DNA from: Welwitschia mirabilis
Lineage: Eukaryota
DNA: 20,000 nucleotides
Direction of reading: 5' to 3'
Assembly: GCA_051453625.1 (NCBI GenBank)
Contig: JBOZIK010000001.1
Location: 29,236,994-29,256,993, forward strand
A model generated the notes under the pieces. That model was not told the DNA's origin. It ran no database searches and saw nothing but the letters and a program-made list of their open reading frames with translations. This document shows, one piece after another, positions 1-10,635 of the stretch. The position numbers and the translations under genes were made by a program. Position 1 is the stretch's first letter; each line of letters begins with the position of its first letter.

Positions 1-1055
1 AATGTTTAATGGGAGCAAACCTTATGTTTTTTTCCATCACTCATCTATCAAATTCATAAAGTTCCATCATATAATGAGAAAAAGAAGAAAAACCATCCTA
101 TAAAATATTAAATTCCCAACCTAATTATTTATCTTATATTAATTTTAAGAGAATAGGGAATATGATGTTTAATGATTCTCTCATGACTATCTCTTAACTC
201 ATGGATTATCTATACATTTTCTTATAACCACATGACTAGTATTTCTCTTCTACTTACTTATGCAAATTATAATCCTTTTTCCATCTTCATTGATCATTAT
301 TCCTCTTTTCAAATGAAAATGCATTCAAACAATTCTTCCTCCTTCTCATGTGCATCTTTTTTTGAAACCAATGCCTTAACATCTCTCTCCTTCATTTAAA
401 AATATTACTTAAAATGTAAATGGAAATTCTTAAGTGCATAGTATAAAATTCTTCATTTGGATTAGATTTGTATTAGATTCAAAACTAGAAAAATGCATGA
501 TCCATTTCAAATAAGACACATATAAGAAATTTAATGTTAGAAATACAACAATGTGATTGGTTATAAAATGGAGCTTGAAGACATCATGTTCAAAGTTTAA
601 ATATCTACAAAAATTATTCTATGAAAAAGACCTATTTTATTTAAATTATAAAATCTTCTTTCAAGTATAAATTCATCTAACATATCTTCTAACATGATGC
701 ATACTTCTTTATGATGGTAATAATTGATTAACTTACATGTCTATCATAATGGTAAAGATGATTTGTAGAGTATTCTAAAATCACATAGGTTGTTCATTCA
801 AGTTTTTTAAATGACATTTTTAATATATATCATGTACTGATTTAGTTTTAATTTATTAGAGAAAATCTTTGGTATCATAATAATGAGTTTAAATTTTTTA
901 ACTAATAATCTTAAGGTATCAAAGCAACATCATACTTTTTAGATATTAAAAAATGGATGTTACATTTCAGTATAAAAGCAATGAGTTTAAAGTTTTCATC
1001 TAATAAGTTTAGTTTATTAATTAGAATTTTTCAATATTAAAAAGTGGACATTACA
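1..1055 (+). repeat. LTR-A (3' part only) of the gypsy-like tandem element
   Basis: Aligns with 11487-12535 and 15713-16793; ends GGACATTACA directly before TTT-TGGTATTAGAG. Confidence 0.85.
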
Positions 1056-1058
1056 TTT
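870..1058 (+). repeat. Two ~98-bp U5 subrepeats carrying PBS-like motifs (LTR-A copy)
   Basis: TGGTATCATAA 870, GGTATCAAAGC 915, GGATGTTACA-TTT-CAGTATAAAAGC 955-979; the second unit is more degenerate. Confidence 0.75.
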
Positions 1059-1070
1059 TGGTATTAGAGA
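1059..1070 (+). promoter_or_regulatory. Primer-binding site (tRNA-iMet type) of gypsy-like unit 1
   Basis: TGGTATTAGAGA versus canonical TGGTATCAGAGC, 3 nt after the LTR end TTACA. Confidence 0.8.
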
Positions 1071-1087
1071 CTAGCTTGAAAAACTCA

Positions 1088-1200
1088 CTGCGTACAACTA
1101 TTGTTAAGTTTGTGAATTTACTAGGCATAACTGCCATTGTGCTTGCAAATTCATTGGGCATAACTATTTTACATTTTTACTAGGCATAACTACTATTAAT
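1088..1200 (+). repeat. Four spaced copies of a (T)AGGCATAACTA motif in the 5' UTR of internal domain I-1 (also 12568-12680 in I-2)
   Basis: CTGCGTACAACTATT, CTAGGCATAACTGCC, TTGGGCATAACTATT and CTAGGCATAACTACT at ~27-34 bp spacing; same arrangement in I-2. Confidence 0.75.
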
Positions 1201-1266
1201 GTTTCAAGTTATAACATGAAAATTTAGGTTTATAACATAGATAGCTTGATTTTTATAAAGCTTGAA

Positions 1267-1338
1267 ATGACCCTAAGAAGAGTAGTAAAAGAAATTAACT
1301 AAAGTTACAACACTAGTCAATAACTTAGTGGATGAGCT
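1267..1338 (+). pseudogene. gag: Gypsy gag-derived remnant, 5' part (I-1), split by the copia insertion
   Basis: ATG ACC CTA AGA AGA (MTLRR; MALRR in I-2; cf. Tekay MAPRR-type starts). The frame continues at 8499 once the insertion and one TSD copy are removed. Confidence 0.6.
1334..1338 (+). repeat. Target-site duplication GAGCT (left copy)
   Basis: GAGCT immediately before the TG at 1339; identical GAGCT at 8494-8498; the paralogous empty site at 12814-12818 has one copy (AACCT). Confidence 0.92.
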
Positions 1339-1649
1339 TGCTAGGATCAAGAATCCTAGAGAGGAGGTGAATAGGTTCTTTTAAAAACTTAACAAATACT
1401 TTGAAATGAATATATTTGAATCACAACTTACATATGAAAATAAATCTATCTAAGATGTGCATAATAGAATATAATATTAAAAATAAAGGAAAAAATGCAT
1501 AAACTACCAAATAGATGTAAGCTGGATTTATAGTGGTTTGAGAAACTCCCCTACTTCACTATTGACAATCAACTTCTCTCAAGATTGATCTCGGATCTCT
1601 GTTACTCCATCAAGTATTCAAGGTTTACCTATAAGCTTTACAAGCTAAC

Positions 1650-1745
1650 TTTTCCAAGTAAAGTATTAACCTTCAGCACATATTTTCAAGTCTTAGTCTC
1701 AACTTTTAGCACAGACTTTTTAGGGCTCAGTCTCAATCTTTAGCA
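1650..1745. repeat. ~35-bp tandem repeat (about 3 copies) in the SIRE LTR R/U5 region; also ~7445-7548
   Basis: AGCACATATTTTCAAGTCTTAGTCTCAACTTTT / AGCACAGACTTTTTAGGGCTCAGTCTCAATCTTT; present in both LTRs. Confidence 0.7.
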
Positions 1746-2025
1746 AATGAAATAGTGATGTGGTGATGCCTCAATAGCCTAAATAACACGTTCTAAAGCA
1801 ATATAATAGATAGAGCTCTTCTCCTATAACAATACACTAATATTACTCTAGAGCTGACTTTGAATGCAATGTATGTGCCAATGATAGATCTCCTCTAGTC
1901 AGATGTGTAGAAGTTAATATATACAATGTAAAAGCACAGCCTGACTTTTTAGATCCAAAATTATTTAGCCAAATATAAGAGGTTCTAAAAAGTTAAAAAA
2001 CCTCTTTTAGTTATTTATGGCTTAG

Positions 2026-2035
2026 CTATTTATAG
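2026..2035 (-). promoter_or_regulatory. TATA box of the SIRE LTR (3' LTR copy; 5' LTR copy at 7832-7841)
   Basis: Minus strand reads CTATAAATAG (TTATAAATAG in the 5' LTR), downstream of the U3 repeated-motif cluster. Confidence 0.7.
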
Positions 2036-2160
2036 TGAAAGACTACTAGGGTTTAATACATTTCAATTACACTTCCAACAACTATAAATGACTAGAAAAT
2101 GATTACATAATGGCTAGATAATGAATACATAACATTTAGAAAAACTTATTTTTCATGCCA

Positions 2161-2552
2161 TTCAGTTGACTCCACAAAAATCCAGTCGACCCTATTTGGT
2201 GCCATGAATTACATGAGTTTCCTAAGAGAAGAATTCAGTTGCCCTAGGATTTTACATCTCCAACTCCAGTCGACTCCCTCTAGGTTTGGTCAATACCAAT
2301 CCGATCGATCCCATCCTAGATTCACTTAACCCCTTTTCTCTTAGTTTGGGAATATTGCCTATTAGGTTCTCAAATCTAGTTGACCCCATGAAAATCTAGT
2401 TGACCCCTTTCCATTTAGTTTAGGGTCACTGATTCTCTAAGTTACAGGTCCGGTTGATCCTATCAAAATCAAGTTGATCACTCTGAATGTAGTTTATTTT
2501 CCTTTGATAGCTTCAGATGTGGTCTATCCCTTTAGGATTCAGTCAACCCCTC
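2161..2552 (-). promoter_or_regulatory. U3 cluster of about 10 repeated motifs with a palindromic GTCGAC core (consensus CCAGTCGACCC), 3' LTR
   Basis: CAGTTGACTCC, CCAGTCGACCC, CCAGTCGACTCC, CCGATCGATCCC, CTAGTTGACCCC x2, CCGGTTGATCC and CAGTCAACCCC; most variants are CpG/CHG transitions. Confidence 0.75.
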
Positions 2553-2703
2553 TGAAAGGTGAATCAATTGAGTAGGTTTCTAGTGCATATTTTAGTTCCA
2601 TCTTTCAACCTGCAAAAACACAAACTCTTCTATGTAAAATATACAACATTTGCTACATAAGAGATATTAGTTTGACATCAATTGGTAAAATATAATTTAA
2701 TAA

Positions 2704-2975
2704 TCTCCTTTTTTGATATTAATGGGAAACACATAAGTGATTTCAAGATCAAACAAATATAAGCTCTTTCAACAAACAAATTTAAGAGCTTTTTAACATA
2801 ATAAAAAATCCTCCTTTCACAAATCCATATAAACAACATTAAGCTAAGGGTATATATAAAATATTTCTAAAATGCATATGTTTGAAAACACTATATTTTA
2901 TCCTCCTTTGACATCAATGGCAAAGAAATATAAACCTTAAATGTGTATCTAGAAATATCACAAAATTTCCTCCTA
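2704..2975 (-). promoter_or_regulatory. Polypurine tract (2704-2714) plus upstream PPT-like copies (~2809, ~2901, ~2967)
   Basis: Minus strand AAAAAAGGAGA lies 1 nt from the LTR; further AAAGGAGGA and AGGAGGAA tracts upstream. Multiple PPTs are a known Sirevirus trait. Confidence 0.75.
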
Positions 2976-3317
2976 ACATTATGTCATATGTAAAAATAAT
3001 AATCATGATAGAATTGTAAAGAAATTATGTAAAGAAGATGATAATTTTTCAATTGATAATGTCTAAAAAGAAAACCAACTAAGATTTGGTTAATATGATA
3101 AGACAAAATAAAACATCGGAATATTAAAAGATCATAGATAAAATTCTATAAAAATTGTTAATAGATCAAAATAGAAATGACAAAATAGATGATGATTTAT
3201 TATTCTGCTACTGTGACAACTATAGAACTTTTAAGAGACCAGGTGACTGAGTATAAAACTGGTCGAGAAACCTATTTCAGTTAATTAAATATCAAGTTCA
3301 GTTGACCACCCTGCAAT

Positions 3318-3790
3318 TAAGTATAGGATAGTGAGAGAACTTCTAGTTCATGTCTAAGATGAATAAAAGTATCAAAGTTCAGGAATTACTAAAAATATCT
3401 GCTAATTGTTGATCTGTAAATATAAAATTCATAGATATATATTCTTTTTTAGCTTGATGATGAAGGAAATAAAGTCTAAGTTTAATATGCTTTGTTCTTG
3501 AGTGCTGGACTAGATTTTTAGATATATTAATAGCACTGGTGTTGTTACAAAAAATAGGAACTTGTTTAAAAGTAATACCAAAATATTTCAACATTTCTTT
3601 TATCAATAAAAGGTGAGTGCAATAACTTCCTGCAACAATAAATTCTGCTCCTAAAATAGAGAGAGAAATAGAGTTTTATTTCTTACTTATCTATCATACT
3701 AAATATGAACCTAAAAGAAAGCAATTTTCACTTGTGCTTTTTCAATCATATTTGCATTTAGCCCAATCTACATCACTAAAACCTACAATA
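3318..3790 (-). pseudogene. pol: Copia RNase H domain remnant (end of pol)
   Basis: VGFSDVDWA..KSTS, AEFIVAG, PIFCNNTSAINISKNLVQHSRTKHIKLRLYF, DQQLADIF (includes ORF 3379-3606); stops present. Confidence 0.93.
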
Positions 3791-4850
3791 TCAAAAGATG
3801 TTTTATTGGAATACCATAAATCATAATCACATGTACCTTTTATATAGCTGATCATCCTTTTTACTAGCTAAAAATGGAATTCTTTTGGACTAGATTGTTA
3901 TCTTACACAAACTCCAACACTGAACATGATATCTAGTTGCCTTGCAGTCAAATACAATAAACTACCAATCATGCTTCTATAAAGTTTTTGATCTACTAAT
4001 TTATCATTTTTGACTAAGCTTACTTTACATGAAGTAGACATAGGAGTATCAATTTTTTTTCCATTATCTAGGCCAAATTAGTTTACTAAATTTCTTATAT
4101 ATTTAGATTGATAGATAAATATTCCATCTTTAGATTGCTTAATTTGAAGTCCAAGAAAAATTTTAACTTTCCAAAGCATACTCATTTCAAATTGATTTAT
4201 CATAATGTTTGTAAATTCTTTTGATAACTTCTCATTTGAGGAACCAAAATAATATCATCTATATAAATCTGTATAATAATGAAATTATTTTTTAATTTTT
4301 TCACAAATAAATTTTTGTCTACTATTCCTTGAACATATCCATTGTTATTTAAAAAGGTATCTAGCTTTTCATACCATGCTCTTGGAGCTTATTTTAAATT
4401 ATATAAATATTTCTTAAATCTATGCATATGATTAGATCTATAAGGATTAATAAAATGTTATGGTTGTTTAACATAAACTTCTTCAATTAATGATCCATAT
4501 AGAAAAGCACTTTTTACATCCATTTGATAAACATTAAAGTTATTAAAATTTACAAAAGATAAAAACATTCTAATGTTACCAATCTTCCAATAGAAGCAAA
4601 AGTATTTCCTACATCAATACCTTCTATTTTGTTGTAGCCTTAAGCTACTAGTCTTGCTTTTTTTTATAACATTATTTTCTTTATCACACTTATTCTAAAA
4701 GATCTATTTTATACTAATTACATTCTTATCTTTTAGTCTCTATACTAGTTTTCAAACATTATTTCTTTTAAACTGTTGTAGCTCATCTTACATTACCAAC
4801 ATCCATTCTTCATGAGCTTCTACTTCTTTGAAGTTCTTGGGCTCTATCTT
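3791..4850 (-). pseudogene. pol: Copia reverse transcriptase remnant
   Basis: KARLVA*GYN, YQMDVKSAFLYG..EEVYVKQP, LYNLK*APRAWYEKL, QIYIDDII, FEMSM..FLGLQIKQ, YRSMIGSLLYLTA; many stops and frameshifts. Confidence 0.95.
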
Positions 4851-5099
4851 TGAAACATAACAAACATGAGTACACAAAATTTTCATAGAACCTCTTGTCT
4901 TTAATTTTGAATTAACTTCTCTAATGATAAATTCTATTAGATGATCTTTTAAGAAGTTTAGGCTTGAATTTCATTTGTTTTGGTATCATTTTCATTAGAA
5001 GTGGAAATGCTTGTGGTTATGGTTTCTTCTTCATCTGTGCAGTTTGTTTTTGTATTAATCTCATCAATTTACACATTTATTGATTATTCTACTGTTAAG

Positions 5100-5925
5100 A
5101 TTCTATTGTTAAAGAAATAATATGCTCTATTTCGCATTGAGTATCCTAAGAAGATAGATTCATTAGCTTTTGATTTAAACTTACTAAAGTGTTCTCTATC
5201 TTTTATGACATAGCATTTACTTCCAAAGACTTTAAAATATGATACATTTGGTTGTCTTCTATTTCATAGCTCATAAGGTGTCTTATTAGTACTAGGTTTA
5301 AAATATACTCTATTAATAATATAACATATTGTGCTAACAGCCTTAGCCCAAAAATATTTAGCTACTTCCTTATCATTTAACATAGTTTGAGCCATTTTTT
5401 GAAGAACTCTATTCTTTATTTTAGATATACCATTTTGATGTGGTATTTTTGAAGCCAAAAACTAATGATCAATACCATTTTCAATGTAATACTTCCTAAA
5501 AAAATGATTTTCAAATTCACCACCATGATCACTTCTTATATTCTTTTTGGTATAATATTTTTTGTTTTGAATCTTATTGCAAATTTCAATCCAATGTTTA
5601 CATGCCTTAGATTTGTTTGACAAAAAAGCCATTCAAGTATATCTAGAAAAATAATCAACTATGGTTAGGAAATAATTTTTTCCTTCTAGACTTCAAGTTT
5701 GAGTGGGTCCAATTCAATCCATATAAATAAGCTCTAGTGGTATAGATGTAAAGGCTTGCATTTTACTTTTATGGGAAATTCTAATATGTTTTCCCTTTTG
5801 AAAAGCATCATACAATCCTTGTTATTCTATGTTTATATTAAGGATTTCTTTAATGATGTTTTTACAAATAATCATTTTCAATTAATCATAACTAACATGA
5901 CCTAAATATTTATGCCACAACTCAT
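5100..5925 (-). pseudogene. pol: Copia integrase remnant (GAG-pre-integrase + rve core + C-terminal part)
   Basis: LWHKYLGH, PLELIYMD*IGP, IVDYFSRYT*, IRSDHGGEFEN, PHQNGISKIKNRVLQKMAQTML, FWAKAVSTICYIINRV, KTPYEL* (includes ORF 5264-5458). Confidence 0.93.
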
Positions 5926-6029
5926 TTTGAGGAATATCCAAAAAAATAACAAGGAGAAAATAATTAAGCTATGCTATAAACATTATCTATTCTATTAGCT
6001 CTAATAATCATGTCGTTTGATTTTTTATG

Positions 6030-6255
6030 TATAATTTCACATTTTAATTTATCAAAAAATACCTTGTAACCTTTATCATACATACAAAACTTCATTAATT
6101 CTAGAAAGGTTACCTTCATTAATGCTTCCAATGCCTTCTATTTTTACTCTTTCATTGTCTTCGAAGGTTACTTCTCCTTCATCAAAGTAGCTTAGATGTT
6201 TGAATCTAGATTTTTCTCCTATTATGTATCTTGAACATTCACTATCAAGATACCA
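6030..6255 (-). pseudogene. pol: Copia aspartic protease remnant
   Basis: WYLDSECSRYIIG...VTFEDN...IEGIG...EVLYV; the usual NLLSISQL segment appears deleted before DKGYKVFF. Confidence 0.88.
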
Positions 6256-6289
6256 ACTTGTGCTATTTAAGACTTTGAAAGCTACTTAA

Positions 6290-7074
6290 ATAAATAAACT
6301 TTTAAGATCATTAGCGTTTACCCACATAGTTCTTTTAGATTTATGTGGTACACCCTTTTAGAAATAAACTTAAATGAAAAGGAACTAACTAAATTTAAAA
6401 ATAACATTAACTTTTTAGCATTTCATATAAGTTTTGAATAGTTAATTTTTTCATAGAAATGACAAGTAATCTTTGAGGAGAAATTACCAGTACTAGTTAT
6501 CTAATTTTGCTATGTTTGAGGTTTTTAAGAGATGAAGCCAATACCTGATTTGCTGCTAACTAGTTTTTTAAACTTCAAGCATTTGTTTCAATTTGGTAGA
6601 TCCACCTGAAAATTTATTAACAAAATAAGATAATTTTTTTACTTGCAAAGTGAGGTCAGAGTTTTTGGATTTAATCCTTTTAAGACTTGATTCCATTTCC
6701 TCCTTTTCCTTGATAAGGAATTTTATAATCTTGTTCAAGTCATTTATCCCTCTAGCTAGCTTTTCACATTCTTGACATAACTCTTTACAAGTATCTTCCA
6801 AATCTTCTTGTTCTTTGATTCTCATATCGTTATCATCATAGACTAATGTGCTTGGCACATTCTGCAATGGAGGTACAAAAGCCATAAAAGAGAGTCTCCT
6901 TTATTTTTTATATTTTGAAACATTTCTTTTATCTATTTTACTTGATTTTTATGAGTTTTTACTAGCTACAATCTATTTAAAAAAGTAATGATATACTCTC
7001 TAACAAGTATAAATGAAGGCATAGGTATTTAGGGAGGGCAAACTTAAAAAATCATCATGAAGAAGAAATGCCAT
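6290..7074 (-). pseudogene. gag: Short gag remnant: coiled-coil region, KSGIGF motif and decayed CCHC knuckle; no recognisable capsid domain
   Basis: ATG at 7074 is in frame with ORF 6568-6885 (heptad-rich). After a frameshift come KSGIGF and C-H-F-Y-EKIN-Y-SKLI-* with CX2CX4HX4C spacing at ~6424-6465. Confidence 0.7.
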
Positions 7075-7125
7075 TTTGAGGTTCTAAGTTTTGATCAACT
7101 AAGATTTAAAAAAATGACTTAATCT

Positions 7126-7137
7126 TCTTTGATACCA
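7126..7137 (-). promoter_or_regulatory. Primer-binding site (tRNA-iMet type) of the copia element
   Basis: Minus strand TGGTATCAAAGA, 2 nt from the 5' LTR end at 7140. Confidence 0.88.
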
Positions 7138-7139
7138 AA

Positions 7140-8493
7140 TAATAGGATCAAGAACCCTAGAGAAGGATAAAAGAGTTCTTTTAAAAACTTAATAAATACT
7201 TTGAAATGAATCTATTTGAACCACAACTTGCATATGAAAATAAATCTATCTAGGATGTGCATAACAGAATAGAATATTAAAAATAAAGAAAAATGAAATG
7301 CACAAAATACCAAATACATGCAAGCCAGATTTATAGTGGTTCAGTAAGCTCGCCTACTTCACTTTCAATGACCAGCTTCTCTCAAGCTTGATCTCAGATC
7401 TCTATTACTCTAGTAGGTATTTCAAGTTCACCTATAACCTTTACAAGTAAAGTTTTTTAGGTAAAGTATTAACCTTTAGCATAGACTTTTTAAGGCTTAG
7501 TCTCAACCTTTAGTGTGGACTTTTGAAGGCTCGGTCTTAACCTTCAACAAATGAAATAGTAATGCAATGATGCCTCAATAGTATAAATATCACTTGTTTT
7601 GAAGTAGTACAATAGATGAAGCTCTCCTCTTATAACAATACACCAATGTACCTCTAGATCTAACTCTGAATGCAATGCATGTGCCAATGATAGATCTCCT
7701 CTAGTTAGATGTGTAGAAGTCAATACACACAATGTAAAAGCATTGCTTGATCTTTCAGATTCAAAATGATTTAGCCAAATGTAAGAGATTCCAAAAATTC
7801 AAAAAGCATCTTTCAATCATCTATGGATTGGCTATTTATAATGGAAGGCTATTATGGTTTAGTACATTTGAATTGTACTTCCAATGATTATAAATGGCTA
7901 GAAAATGGCTACATAATGGCTAGGTAATGGATACATAACATTTAAAAAAAATTTAGTCAACCTCATAAAAATATAGTTGACCCCATGCGATGTTGTGAAT
8001 TACACAGGCTATCCAAGAGAAGAATTTAGTTACCCTAGGTTTTTATGTCTCTAGGTCTAGTTGACCACATTTGGATCCAATCGATCTCAAATTGGTTAAC
8101 CCCATCCTGTGTCTAGTTGAAATCTTTTCTCTCAGTTCAAGAATACTACCTATCAAGTCCTCAAATCTAGTTGACTAAATGAAAATTCAGTCAACTAATT
8201 ATCATTTGGTTCAAGAACACTGGGTCTTCAAGTTATAGGTCTGGTCGACCCCATTAAAATCCTGTCGATCCCTTTAGATTTAGTCCATTTTCCTTTGATA
8301 GCTTCAGGTGCAGTCAATCCTTGTAAGATCCAGTCAATCCCTCTAGAGGGTGAAACAACTGAGTAGATTTTTGGTGAATATTTTAGTTTCATCTTTTAAG
8401 TTTCAAAAGCTCAAACTCTTCTACATAAAATATACAACATTTACTATATAAGAGATATCCGTTTGACATCAATTGGAAAAATATAATTCATTA
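7140..8493 (-). repeat. 5' LTR of the copia/SIRE element (1354 bp)
   Basis: Colinear with 1339-2702 and bounded by the PBS and the TSD; terminal TG/CA have mutated to TA/TA. Confidence 0.92.
7953..8340 (-). promoter_or_regulatory. U3 repeated-motif cluster (GTCGAC core), 5' LTR
   Basis: TAGTCAACC, TAGTTGACCCC, CTAGTTGACC, CAATCGATC, TGGTCGACCCC, CTGTCGATCCC, CAGTCAATCC x2. Confidence 0.75.
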
Positions 8494-8498
8494 GAGCT
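8494..8498 (+). repeat. Target-site duplication GAGCT (right copy)
   Basis: Identical to 1334-1338; sequence from 8499 resumes alignment with 12819 onward. Confidence 0.92.
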
Positions 8499-8726
8499 TT
8501 ATGAGTAAGTAATAGTAGGAAAGATGATGACTCTATCAAGAAAATGATGTTGCAATTTAAGTGGACAAATACTTCAATCTTCAAAGGTGTAAACAACATG
8601 TTAGATATAGAAGCATGATTTATTTTTATGCAAAATACATTAGAATTATTTAATTTTATTACTCATTAACTTCTCAAAGAAGTAAATTTCTCATGGAAGT
8701 AAGTAGAAGTAGAGTTATTTAAATAG
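8499..8726 (+). pseudogene. gag: Gypsy gag-derived remnant, 3' part (I-1)
   Basis: QFKWTNTSIFKGVNNMLDIEA*LFFMQNTLELFNF..FSWK*VEVELFK*; resembles the Tekay/Del gag pattern F.r.nPptFkG...daEaWl..me. Confidence 0.7.
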
Positions 8727-8770
8727 GTAAAATATTTTTCTAATTTTAGGTTTTCAAGAGAAAACCTTTT

Positions 8771-8784
8771 AAGGTATGGAGAAA
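8771..8784 (+). promoter_or_regulatory. PPT of gypsy-like unit 1
   Basis: TTTCAAGAGAAAACCTTTT-AAGGTATGGAGAAA-TGTCA; a decayed form of the Tekay-type TTTCGAGGACGAAA..TTTAAGGGGGGAGAA-TGT junction. Confidence 0.7.
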
Positions 8785-10635
8785 TGTCATAGTCTAAATT
8801 TTTAATGATTAATACTTAAGTTCAAAATGTCCTGATAAATAAGTTAAAAGAGAATATGAAATTTTATAAGGATCATATTTTATGTTAATTCTTAAATATT
8901 TTTCTTTATAGCTAATAGTCCCACAATTATTATTTTGTGCTTTGTCTTTATTCATGTAATTGCTCATTTTACAAAATACTAATGAGTTATGCATTTGAAA
9001 TTATTATGAATGGTAATGATTAATATCTAGAGTTATTATTATTAGTAAATGTTAAAGAATATTTTAAATTATAACTATTATCATGTTTATGAAATATTTT
9101 ATTATAACTACTAATCTCTTATTTATTATTTATTATCGTGATAAGCATTTTATTATCTACCCAATGGCTTAGTAAGCTAATAGAGTCTTGATCACTTTCA
9201 CCACTTCCACCACTTCTATCAGCTTCACTACTCTCTTTTATGATGGAATCCCTTCACATCCTACATTCTCCACTATAAATAAAACCTTCTTCTCTTGTTA
9301 TTTCATATCTTTGAGAAATATTTTTCTATTAAATCTAGACAAATTTAACTTAAAGCTTGGAAAATCCTTAAATCTTTTGATATCTAGAAGTTTTCAAATC
9401 CTCATCTTTATTTTAATATGGTTTATGGTTTTTCAATAATTTTCTTATATGATTTATCTACTTATATTTATTTCTTATTTGTTTCAATTAATTTTTGCAT
9501 CGTTTACATGTTTTATGGATTTTTATTGCTTGTTTCTATAAGTCTCCTTTTATGTATCTATTATTTTGGTTATGAATTTAATCCTATTCTTAATACTTGC
9601 TAAGTAACAAAATTATTTCACTTCAGGGGCTGGGCCACCAGAAGGACTTCCATTGGCTATGGCAATAAGCTATTAAAGTGCTCAAGGTGATGTTTGTAAC
9701 CCATCTAGTTATGCATGACATGATGCCCTATGGCATCAGAGGATTTATCCCATCTAAAGGGTTCCTATTGGTCATAGGAATGAATGTCTAAACAAATATG
9801 TATTTGTGACATCCTTCTGATAGAACATATCAGTCTCTATACATTTTTGCATTACTAGAACTTAAATATGTATATCTGAATTATTATATCTTGTATGAGA
9901 TCTTGGTCACATTTGATTTTCTTGAGGATCCTATCTTGAGCTTGGAAAACCCCCTTACCTAAACCTTGTCATAAATCATATTTGAAGCTATGAAATTTTT
10001 ACTATTCTTACTTCATATTTCTTGTATAAAATAAGTGGTAAAACTAGAGCTTGATTGCTAAGGAGGGCAAGAAAAGAAGAGATTATCTTTTCTAGTTTAT
10101 GTTGAGAAATTATTTGGACTAAAACTTGTATATTTGTTAAGAATCCTAAATTTCTCAATATTGTAATTATCTTGGAAATATATTGAAATTTAGATCATGA
10201 ATTTCTTTTCTTAAATTATCATGTTAATAACATATGAAGTTTGGCAATTTGTTTTTATACATCTCTTACAAGATTTCATGAAAGTTTTAGTTGGTAAAAT
10301 TTAAAAGTAAAATTTGGAATTTATATCTTGAAATGCTAATTTAATCTATTCTAGTTTGTCATTAGAATGATAAGTAGAGTATAACTTGTAGAATTATATA
10401 TATCAAGAAGGAAATACCTCTTACTAATAAGTCTTTCTACAATATACATTTAGTGTGTTCTTAGTTAAATAAATAAATGAAAATGTGCTTTATAAGGTAT
10501 AGGTATTACAATAAAATGATAGGTGATACTCTTTTAGTTATAACAGGAAATATTAAAGGAAACCCACAAGTGGTATGCTAATGAAACATCCTTAATGTTT
10601 TAAACTATAATATATTATAAAAAGAATGAGCATTT

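Larger units (their letters stand above)
1339..2702 (-). repeat. 3' LTR of the copia/SIRE element (1364 bp)
   Basis: Colinear with 7140-8493 (about 80-94% identity in two ~113-bp windows counted by eye); abuts the PPT at 2704. Confidence 0.92.
1339..8493 (-). mobile_element. Degenerate full-structure Ty1/copia LTR retrotransposon, Sirevirus (SIRE)-like, env-less, 7155 bp
   Basis: Paired LTRs, 5-bp TSD, PBS, PPT and copia domain order PR-IN-RT-RH. SIRE-type motifs: C-rich CTATTCACCTCCTCTCTAG near the LTR 3' end, CTATAAATAG TATA box, repeated palindromic U3 motifs, multiple PPTs. Confidence 0.93.

Noticed and set aside
2715-3317. Possible env-like ORF of the Sirevirus
   Set aside because: The region is only ~600 bp and contains no ORF of 60 aa or more.
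7544-7732. 62-aa ORF from the ORF track
   Set aside because: It lies within the SIRE 5' LTR, has no recognisable domain, and the homologous frame in the 3' LTR is interrupted by a stop.
8809-9603. ORFs 8809-8994, 9188-9439 and 9418-9603
   Set aside because: All fall within LTR-B, reflect low-complexity or T-rich sequence, and are not kept open over their length in LTR-C.
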